A DNA stretch of 64,000 nt, from positions 1,354,519-1,418,518 of the forward strand of contig CAWCLJ010000004.1 in assembly GCA_963796365.1 (NCBI GenBank), given 5' to 3'. The position numbers and the translations under genes are program-made. Each line of letters starts with the position of its first letter. Within the stretch, counting starts at the first letter, position 1. Below are positions 29,418-37,126 of the stretch, piece by piece. Under the pieces are notes generated by a model. It saw only the letters and a program-made list of their open reading frames with translations. It ran no database searches and was not told the origin of the DNA. Source of the stretch: an uncultured Chloroflexia bacterium. GTDB taxonomy: Bacteria; Chloroflexota; Dehalococcoidia; Dehalococcoidales; RBG-16-60-22.

Positions 29418-30179
29418 GTGCTTAATCAACAGACTATGTCTATCCTGCACTCATTAAAGCTATACGGTATGGCGAGGAGCCTTGAGGAAAGGCTGGCTGA
29501 CGCTAAACAGGCGGCGCTGTCCCATGACGAATTCGTGGGGCTGCTGGTGCAGGATGAAAAACTGTACCGTGACAATTTGAGGCTCCACCGGCTGCTCAAG
29601 AAGGCCAAGCTCCGCCAGGAAGCCGCCCTGGAGGATATCGACTACGGCGCACCCCGCGGAATTTCCCGGCAGGTAATGCTGGAACTGGCTAATCCCCAGT
29701 GGATAACCGCCCATCGTAACGTACTGGTCAGCGGTCCGACCGGCGTCGGCAAGTCATTTATCGCCTGCGCCCTGGGCAACGCCGCCGCCCGTGCCGGCTA
29801 TACCGTGCTCTATGTACGCGCTCCCCGGCTGTTTGAATCCCTGCAGCAGTCACGCGGAGATGGCTCTCATCTCAAAGCCCTCGCCAGGCTAAGCCGGGTG
29901 CAGCTTTTAATTATCGATGACTTCCTGCTTACCCCGCTGGTAGACGGCGAGCGGAGAGATTTGCTGGAGGTAATCGAGGACCGCTACCAGGCAGGAGCGA
30001 CCATTATCGCCAGCCAGTGCCCGGTTAAAGACTGGCACCCCAACATCGGCGACCCCACCCTGGCCGATGCCGTCTGCGACCGGCTGCTGCACAACGCCTA
30101 CAAGATCGAGATGAGAGGCGATTCCATGCGTACCAGGAGACCGGTTACTAAATCTGAGAAGAAGGAGGACTTGTCCTGA
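29418..30179 (+). CDS. istB: IS21 helper ATPase IstB
   Basis: 253 aa. Walker A GPTGVGKSF, Walker B LLIIDDF. Confidence 0.92.
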   Translation: MLNQQTMSILHSLKLYGMARSLEERLADAKQAALSHDEFVGLLVQDEKLYRDNLRLHRLLKKAKLRQEAALEDIDYGAPRGISRQVMLELANPQWITAHRNVLVSGPTGVGKSFIACALGNAAARAGYTVLYVRAPRLFESLQQSRGDGSHLKALARLSRVQLLIIDDFLLTPLVDGERRDLLEVIEDRYQAGATIIASQCPVKDWHPNIGDPTLADAVCDRLLHNAYKIEMRGDSMRTRRPVTKSEKKEDLS

Positions 30180-30802
30180 GCGAAGTCGAAGGAGATTGAA
30201 AGCGATGAGAAAGTGAGCTAAACTGTACCTTAGTCCGGCGCTGCCAGGGGGTGGCCGATTTGCTCCGAACACCCGGCCGATTTCATCCCGAACACGCGGC
30301 CGATTTTACCGAGATACGCAGCTTCTGGCGAAATTATGAATGCTCCCATATCAGTAGCTCTTCTGATTATATTAAATCCTTCATCAACATGTTTATTAAT
30401 TTCTTTCATTTCTTCTTTAGATTTAGATCTCTTTATTTGTAGTTCTTCATCAAGCAAAGTCCGGTAATAATGAACTAGATCCGAAAGAGCTACTACGATA
30501 TCTTCATAAGCTTTGGCTTTTCTTTCCCACCATCGTTCCGAAGTAAAACGTTTGAAGTTGGTATTGTAGATTGCGATGAGAGATGCTATGAATGCTAAGA
30601 TAGCAGCTATTAGTGTTACAACATTTTCTGCGGACATATACTCCTCCAAATTAATTACAAGAAAACAGATTCATTTCGGGAGTCGAGTTACACTAAGTAT
30701 AAACATGATGTACTTCGCTTTTGATAAAACGAGGTTGCGAAGATTAGGATGTGGTGAAAACAAACGAGCCTACACGAGGTTACTACACTTTATATTTTAT
30801 GG

Positions 30803-31084
30803 CTAAGTTGATTGCTGGAGAATACGATGTGCCTCAATGCAAGCCTTTGCGACGGAAGAGGCTATAGCTAAAATCATTGACTTAGTTTCTAACTCCTGCC
30901 GTGTGTGACTTTCTAAGAAGTGGACGCCGGAAGATGGGAGCCTTTTTGAAATGGCTGCTCTACGTTCCGTTTCATCAAGGACATTCAGATATTTCTTTGC
31001 TTCTTGGCTTTCTACAAGGTATTGCTTAAGGAAAGCGTCCATTATTTGATAATAGGGAATATCCCTCTCATCAAAGTTCTGCAT
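30803..31084 (-). CDS. Hypothetical protein (island)
   Basis: 93-aa ORF, AT-rich, in the same orientation as its neighbours. Confidence 0.4.
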   Translation of the reverse strand: MQNFDERDIPYYQIMDAFLKQYLVESQEAKKYLNVLDETERRAAISKRLPSSGVHFLESHTRQELETKSMILAIASSVAKACIEAHRILQQST

Positions 31085-31170
31085 CTCACACCTCTAACTA
31101 ACAATTTTAGCTTCATTCCATAAGCTATGCAACTCGGAACGAGCAGAAATAATTAATGTTAATTGTTGAC

Positions 31171-31839
31171 TTATATTTTAGAAAAGAAGTAAGAAATACA
31201 ATCGGGACAGATAAACCTTCTCTCGTAAGTACTACCGTCTTTTGTTTCCCTTATGCCGTGTTTATTCTTTCGCTCCGCTAACTCTCTGTTCCAAAACATT
31301 AATCCTTTCTCATCATTCACTGCTTTTTTAAAATTTTCTCTAGCCAAATTTGTAAATTTATTTCCTTCAATGTCACCTATTGCGAAAAAACAACCGCATA
31401 ACTGGCATTTACCTAAAGCAAGATTCTCAAGAAGCTTTAGATTTAACTTTTTTATGGGTTTGTAATAAGGGCTTGAGAGGACTTCTTTGCAATCGTGACC
31501 AATAATTTGTATTAAACCAATCCCAAGATGGTTTGCTATGTAAATTTCGTCAGAACTGAATTGACTATTTCTGAGGTCAGCTAAATAAATCCTATTGGCA
31601 TATACTTTATTTGCTAATGCTTGCCCACTAGCTTTTGCAAACGGCTCCGTTCCCCGTTTTACTTCAACTACTATGGTTTCGATTTCACCAGACAAATCTC
31701 CACCAACATCAGTCACACCTATAACATCGATAATACTATATTTAAGCCCTTTATTTATGTCAGTTTTAAAACAGTGGTGTTTTTCGCTTAACCATTTCTC
31801 AACATCTGGATAAAGGTCTCTTTCTTTTACCTTATTCAT
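31171..31839 (-). CDS. Predicted PD-(D/E)xK-fold nuclease with C-terminal CxxC...CxxC zinc ribbon
   Basis: IIDVIGV...IVVEVKRG (D...ExK). CQLCGC and CPDC. GGAGG precedes the ATG at 31839. Confidence 0.45.
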   Translation of the reverse strand: MNKVKERDLYPDVEKWLSEKHHCFKTDINKGLKYSIIDVIGVTDVGGDLSGEIETIVVEVKRGTEPFAKASGQALANKVYANRIYLADLRNSQFSSDEIYIANHLGIGLIQIIGHDCKEVLSSPYYKPIKKLNLKLLENLALGKCQLCGCFFAIGDIEGNKFTNLARENFKKAVNDEKGLMFWNRELAERKNKHGIRETKDGSTYERRFICPDCISYFFSKI

Positions 31840-31887
31840 ATGCTCCTCCAATTATTTTAAAATTGATTGAATAATGATAAGTCATAT

Positions 31888-32439
31888 TTACTCGTATAAA
31901 CGTTCTATTAGTTTCCTCGTAAAGCTAAGAAATTCGCGTGATTGAATTTCTATTATGCCACCTAAGTTGCTTAAATATAAACCTGGGTAAGTATTAAAAA
32001 GGGTTTCTGCTGAATCTTCATTATTTACTTTTTTCATCTCACTAAGCTTACCTGCATTAGCATGAGCTATAGTGTTCCTTTTTAACCTAATTTTATCGAT
32101 ACCCTTACTTTCTCCTGAAGTGATTATACCGAATTTCCGGCAGAGCCTAGTTTTTTCTAATAAGCCAAGAAGCATGATTACTTCCTTCGTTCCTTTGCCG
32201 TTTGCGATTAATTTATCTTCAAGGGATAGCTCTATAATGCTAGCACACCAAATGATAACGCTAGGAAAATGACCATATATATATAATTGAATAGCCTCAG
32301 CAGAATATTCGCTCAATAATTCCGGCAATTTTGCGTGGTTATATATCACAGGATTTATTTCACTCCATCTTGTTACCCGGTCTTCACAAGTTTCGGCATC
32401 CCTATTCACAATGTATTTGCGAAATTCATTTTTATTCAT
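31888..32439 (-). CDS. HEPN-like (DUF4145/Abi-like) protein
   Basis: 183 aa, helical. An R-x4-H motif (RNTIAH) sits in the C-terminal third. Confidence 0.45.
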   Translation of the reverse strand: MNKNEFRKYIVNRDAETCEDRVTRWSEINPVIYNHAKLPELLSEYSAEAIQLYIYGHFPSVIIWCASIIELSLEDKLIANGKGTKEVIMLLGLLEKTRLCRKFGIITSGESKGIDKIRLKRNTIAHANAGKLSEMKKVNNEDSAETLFNTYPGLYLSNLGGIIEIQSREFLSFTRKLIERLYE

Positions 32440-32875
32440 AGATAGTCCTTGTTAAATACACATATATAGGTTTCTAGCAAAAGACGCATTATATATAATT
32501 TAAAAGAAATGAATATAGAAGTTATAATGCGTATAGCAATTATATAACTCTGCTAGGGGTAAAACAAGATACATCATTTTAGGGCTTATTCAATTATGAC
32601 CTTGCGTCAAAATCTATTTCATAACTTCTTATAATTTATGTTCATGGTCCGCTAACATTTTGATAACGCATGAAAATAAACGATAAAATAAATCAAAGTA
32701 TTTTACGAACAAAATGATTAGCTGGTCTTTTATTGAAAAACACAGGTTTGAACGTAAAAATACTTTGAACTATATCTAACGGCAAGTCCCATATTCGGTG
32801 TCTTTTAATATGGATGCTAGAGTAAATAAGGCGTTCATTTGGTCACTTTTAAAAGAATATTTCCACTTTCCCTTT

Positions 32876-33134
32876 ATTATCTTGATTTGACAGTAAATAG
32901 TGTTATTTTTGCTTCGTTTGGTACTTCACCTCTAAACTCCAATTCTCCTGGTAAAACAAACACTTCATCTTCTTGATTCGCTCTATCGATCGTGAATGGT
33001 AACTAACTCTGATTCACATTGCCATACCTAGATTCAGAATTGATCCCCCTGTATTGGCAAACCAAATAGTACGCTCCGCCCGAGAGTATATTCATTAGTT
33101 TAAAAATTAGTTCTTCCTTCACCCCTAATCCCAT
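32876..33134 (-). pseudogene. Small ORF homologous to the integrase C-terminal extension, with an internal TAG
   Basis: MGLGVKEELIFKLMNILSGGAYYLVCQYRGINSESRYGNVNQS*LPFTIDRANQEDEVFVLPGELEFRGEVPNEAKITLFTVKSR aligns with integrase residues ~400-484. Its ATG overlaps the XRE stop. Confidence 0.5.
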
Positions 33135-33376
33135 TTTTTTGAGCTTCTTTTTTCTTTTGTGAGTTTATCCACTACCTTTTTATCAAAGCTAATTGTTTCC
33201 GGCTTTACTTTCAAAGCTTTGGCTAACTTCCTGATGGTGTTCAACCTCGGCTTTTGTTTTCCTTTTTCAAGTCTATTGATTGTGCTGACAGTCATTTCAG
33301 ACTTTTTTGCTAAATCCTCTTGACTAAGGAACTGTTTTTCTCTTAATTGTTTTATTGTTGTCATACGCGTAATCAT
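33125..33376 (-). CDS. XRE-family helix-turn-helix regulator
   Basis: 83 aa. LREKQFLSQEDLAKKSEMTVSTINRLEKGKQKP. Confidence 0.8.
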   Translation of the reverse strand: MITRMTTIKQLREKQFLSQEDLAKKSEMTVSTINRLEKGKQKPRLNTIRKLAKALKVKPETISFDKKVVDKLTKEKRSSKKWD

Positions 33377-33416
33377 ATGTTAATCATAATGTAATGTCAA
33401 TGTATTTGCATAATAG

Positions 33417-34835
33417 TTATTTTACAACTTTCGGGAATATTTGAATCTGTTCTTTTTCAGACAAATTGAATTCGAATTGGAGTTCTCTTGGCGCAATGTA
33501 TACTTCATCTGCCATACTTGCCTTACCTAATTCGAAAGGCAAATAGGTCTGATTTATGGATTTCAAACTCGCATCTTTATATTTACAAATAATCAAGTAT
33601 TTTCCTTCTGATAAATGCCTTAAATTAGGACAGAATTCCATTTCTTCCTTTACTCTTAATACAGTATTCCTATTAGCTTCAAATAGCTTCAATTCTTTAT
33701 CAAATAAAGCTATTTCAACTTCGATTGCAGGCGAATTTCCATCATTATAGGCAATAAAGTGAGAATGAAAATCGCTTGTAATAGCATTGGGGACTTTTAC
33801 AGAAGGTTTACACATCGCTTTTATAACCACAATCGGTTGTTGTTCGGATTTTGCTAACACTATATTCTGTTTATCAGTAGGTATTTCGCTTTTCTCTTGA
33901 TCTATCAAATCAATTGCATCTTTTAAATGCTTGTCAGTATGTAATGTATATCTTTCTGTATGTACTAAATTGGCATGTCCTAGCAATGACTGAATTTCTC
34001 TGATAGTTGCCCCTTTTTCAGAAAGGGAAGTCGCAAAATAGTCTCTAAGGCTATGTGTATGAATATCAACCCCAGCTTTTGTTGCAAAGAAACGGATTTT
34101 ACCACTTATCGAGGCTGGGACTAAACCAAATAAACTTCCTGTTTTGTCTCTGCCTTTTATATAAGTGTTTAGTTTTCCCATCGTATTTGTTGATAACGGG
34201 ATAACCCTGTCTTTAGCACCTTTGCCTTGCCGGACAATCAAAACCTGTCTTTCGGGATCAATATCCCCTACTTTAAGGTTCGCAAGCTCACTACGCCTTA
34301 ATCCGGTATGAATTGCCAGGTCAACGAGTAGAATATCCCTCTCAATGGTTTTCTTGTGGCTCTTTTTCGATTTTAGAGCGTCCAGAAGCTTTTCAACATC
34401 AGTTTTCTCAACATAAGAGGGCAATATTTTAGGAACACGGATATTAATATCCAAATCTTCTCCATACCATTTGAAAAAGACTTTAAGGATTGCAGCATAA
34501 CGTCCTAGTGTTGTGGGCTTACACTTCATGAATTGGGAAAGAAATGATTTAGCCAATTCGGGAGTAGGGGGATATTCACCCAAATACGAATGAAAGTGAT
34601 TAACTACCCGCTTTGCCTCATGGATTCCTTTTTCAGATCGATGATGAAAAGCTAATTCACCGTCATACAATGCGAATAGTTCGTTATTAGTCTTTTGACG
34701 CAATTCCAAATGTTTCCGTCCTTTGTTACCCAGAAGTATAAACAGTAACTCTCGGAATTGCAATAGTTCTTTAACTTCAGGGAGAACCTGCGACTTTTTG
34801 AGGAAATCTAGAGGAATTTCTTGAGATTTGAATTC
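33417..34835 (-). CDS. Tyrosine recombinase/integrase with ~140-aa C-terminal extension
   Basis: Catalytic R (GLRRSEL), HxxR (HSLRDYF) and Y (HTERYT). The track ORF runs to 34871, but its first 12 codons are tRNA sequence, so the true start is uncertain. Confidence 0.85.
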   Translation of the reverse strand, partial: EFKSQEIPLDFLKKSQVLPEVKELLQFRELLFILLGNKGRKHLELRQKTNNELFALYDGELAFHHRSEKGIHEAKRVVNHFHSYLGEYPPTPELAKSFLSQFMKCKPTTLGRYAAILKVFFKWYGEDLDINIRVPKILPSYVEKTDVEKLLDALKSKKSHKKTIERDILLVDLAIHTGLRRSELANLKVGDIDPERQVLIVRQGKGAKDRVIPLSTNTMGKLNTYIKGRDKTGSLFGLVPASISGKIRFFATKAGVDIHTHSLRDYFATSLSEKGATIREIQSLLGHANLVHTERYTLHTDKHLKDAIDLIDQEKSEIPTDKQNIVLAKSEQQPIVVIKAMCKPSVKVPNAITSDFHSHFIAYNDGNSPAIEVEIALFDKELKLFEANRNTVLRVKEEMEFCPNLRHLSEGKYLIICKYKDASLKSINQTYLPFELGKASMADEVYIAPRELQFEFNLSEKEQIQIFPKVVK

Positions 34836-34837
34836 AT

Positions 34838-34913
34838 TGGTAGGCCGTACAGGATTCGAACCTGTGACCAATGGATTAAAAGTCCACTGCTCTACCAGCT
34901 GAGCTAACGGCCC
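34838..34913 (-). tRNA. tRNA-Lys (anticodon UUU), CCA encoded
   Basis: The reverse complement reads gggccgttagctcagctggtagagcagtggacttttaatccattggtcacaggttcgaatcctgtacggcctacca, which folds as a cloverleaf with anticodon loop cuUUUaa. Confidence 0.9.
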
Positions 34914-35042
34914 GTAAAAAACGTTGGGAGACCCTTAACGTGGTCTTCCAGCTTTTAATTCTAGCAAATTAGCTTCTATTGCGCAACCATTAGAATCATT
35001 AAGCAGGGAAAAGAGTAACTTGGGGATTTGAAATGCGCGAAT

Positions 35043-35930
35043 TCAGGCTAATACGAAGCGCGTGATGAGATACCCGATTAAAGAAAGTACTGTTATTGGG
35101 GGTAACGCCGGCATAGGCTTTCCTTTTAGCCAGTATTGTTGTATCAAAAACGCGCCCATGATGCCGATTAACGCGCAGGCTCCTACCAGCATTGCTCCAT
35201 TTAAACCGTATTTAAAGTAAACAGCCACTGACAGCATTAAAGGAAAACCGATGTCTCCGCCCCCGAGTATCGTATGCTCTCTTTTGGCTGACTCTTCTTT
35301 CTTAAGCTCGCCGAACTGCACATCTTTAATATTTAATCCGACATCGTTTATCTTTTTGGGGAAAATGAAAGCCGGCAGTGAGGAGGAATCGGAAAGTTTG
35401 TCCGCCATCCAGACCATAAAGCCGAACCTTACTGCCAGGAAGTCATAAACGGAAATGATTATCATGAAAATCATAAAAACGAGCGGGGAGACCAGGTATC
35501 CGAAAACGGAAGCGGCCGCCGCCAGGGCGACGAGCAGTAGAATATCATGCAGCCAGATGAAGGAGAAGATTATCCAGGCAAGACCGGCGGCGATAGCAAC
35601 GATGTAGGCGGTAGGGCCGGGGGTATTGATGAGGACGATAAGCATGCCCCAGGCAAACATTAAAGCAAAGACGGCACGGAAAACATATTTTAAAAAGCGC
35701 AGCGGTATGAAAAAAAGCACGACGGCTACTATGATTACCGCCCCGAAAAAGTAACTCAATATCCACCAGAGGGGGGTAGACTGGTCCGGGAGTCCGCCGC
35801 TTGCATAGACCGGCTGATTGGAAGGTGCGATATAAAGGGCCAGCGCCAGCGCGGCGATAAAGAACAGAGCGCTCCAGAGGTAAGGTCCGATTCTTGTTTT
35901 CATGTATTTATTAAGGAATACTGCTTTCAA
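35043..35930 (-). CDS. Presenilin / signal-peptide-peptidase-like intramembrane aspartyl protease (A22 family)
   Basis: 295 aa with about 8-9 TM helices. YD (ISVYDFLAV), GxGD (LGGGDIGFP) and PALP (PMPALPPIT) occur in the canonical order. Confidence 0.7.
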   Translation of the reverse strand: MKAVFLNKYMKTRIGPYLWSALFFIAALALALYIAPSNQPVYASGGLPDQSTPLWWILSYFFGAVIIVAVVLFFIPLRFLKYVFRAVFALMFAWGMLIVLINTPGPTAYIVAIAAGLAWIIFSFIWLHDILLLVALAAAASVFGYLVSPLVFMIFMIIISVYDFLAVRFGFMVWMADKLSDSSSLPAFIFPKKINDVGLNIKDVQFGELKKEESAKREHTILGGGDIGFPLMLSVAVYFKYGLNGAMLVGACALIGIMGAFLIQQYWLKGKPMPALPPITVLSLIGYLITRFVLA

Positions 35931-36053
35931 TATAGCTTATTGGCAGCGATTTCACAATAAGGTTGGATAGGCTTAAGCCTCTTGACAAAACTTAAGCCTT
36001 GTGCTATAAAATATGTACGGATATATTCCGTACAAACTATTGGGGGTTTCAAA

Positions 36054-36323
36054 ATGGCTACTGCTCGGATGGATTTTAGACTAGATAAAAAGATAAAAGA
36101 AAAAGTGGAAAGAGCTTCTGCGTTGCTGGGAAAGAAAAGTACTACAGAATATGTAATAAGCATTATAGATGAGAATGCGACCAAGGTTATTACTGAACAT
36201 GAGAGCATTGTCGTTAAAGATGATATTTTTGACCTTTTTTGGGATGCATGTCAAAAAGTTCGTGAACCCAATAAAGCTCTTCGAGATGCCGTATCCTTCA
36301 CTAAAAATCAAGGTATCAAGTGA
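36054..36323 (+). CDS. DUF1778 (TacA-like) RHH antitoxin
   Basis: MATARMDFRLDKKIKEKVERASALLGKKSTTEYV.... Overlaps the GNAT gene by 4 nt. Confidence 0.78.
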   Translation: MATARMDFRLDKKIKEKVERASALLGKKSTTEYVISIIDENATKVITEHESIVVKDDIFDLFWDACQKVREPNKALRDAVSFTKNQGIK

Positions 36324-36787
36324 ATTGGTCTAAGGAATTTGTAGAACTTAATAAAGCGATTCATGACCGGGATTCCTTTGATTGCGGTGAAGCCGAATTA
36401 AACGAATTCATTCAACAAAGGGCTACTAAACATATGGCGGCTGGCATAAGCACAACTATGATATTGCCGGCAACTGATCCATTACCTAATGGTAAGTACC
36501 CTATTTGCGCATTCTACACAGTTACGCCTAGTTCTATTGCCAGGGATACTTTACCAGAATCACTAAAAAAGAAAATGTCATATTACCCCATACCTGTGTT
36601 TTTGATTGCACAATTAGCTGTTCATAATGAGTGTAAAGGAAAACGTATTGGGGAAATTACATTAGTGAAAGCACTTGAGTACTTATGGAACATTAGTAAA
36701 CATATGAGGGCATACGCGGTTATTGTTGATTGTTTAAACCCAAATGTCGAGCAATTTTATGCCAAATTTGGCTTCCAGGTATTGTGA
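36320..36787 (+). CDS. GNAT-family acetyltransferase toxin (TacT-like)
   Basis: 155 aa. FDCGEAELNEFIQQRA N-terminus typical of TacT-type toxins, and a GNAT core (KGKRIGEITL). Confidence 0.75.
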   Translation: MNWSKEFVELNKAIHDRDSFDCGEAELNEFIQQRATKHMAAGISTTMILPATDPLPNGKYPICAFYTVTPSSIARDTLPESLKKKMSYYPIPVFLIAQLAVHNECKGKRIGEITLVKALEYLWNISKHMRAYAVIVDCLNPNVEQFYAKFGFQVL

Positions 36788-37126
36788 TTAAATGAGGGAA
36801 GAACAAGAATGTTCTTACCGATGGGGACAGTAGGAAAGTTATTTGATAATATCAAATAGGTCTTGTAACTTAAAACTGATTTCTTATCCGGTTTTAAGCG
36901 GCTTTCTTTACAGTCTTAATATTTTGTCCAATTAAAATTGGTCTTTTGCCGGATATTCACGCACCATTGTTAAAGATCTGCGACCTCTGGGTTCCTTATT
37001 TATCCTATCGCAAACGTCACATAATTTCATATTTTGATAGTATCACCGTTACACTTATCTAAATTCAGCTCAATATAGTATAATGACTTTGTACATCTTT
37101 TTCCTGTAAATTTTAAGGAGGTCGCC

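Larger units (their letters stand above)
27700..30320 (+). mobile_element. IS21-family insertion sequence with 6-bp target site duplication GCTTCT
   Basis: The termini TGCATTTCTCGG (27700-27711) and CCGAGATACGCA (30309-30320) are imperfect inverted repeats. Internal multiple repeats (cggccac/ggccgattt) lie at both ends. GCTTCT is found at 27694-27699 and 30321-30326. Confidence 0.9.
27546..30649 (-). pseudogene. Membrane-anchored 158-aa hypothetical gene split by the IS21 insertion
   Basis: Removing 27700-30320 and one TSD copy joins ...FIISPEA to SDVLQEYWKEPEKK... in frame (477 nt including the stop). Confidence 0.75.
25562..34835. mobile_element. Integrative genomic island at tRNA-Lys(UUU)
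   Basis: Bounded by the 43-bp direct repeats, with the integrase abutting the intact tRNA. XRE and excisionase-like HTH genes are present. The region is visibly AT-richer than its flanks, except for the GC-rich IS21. Confidence 0.8.
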
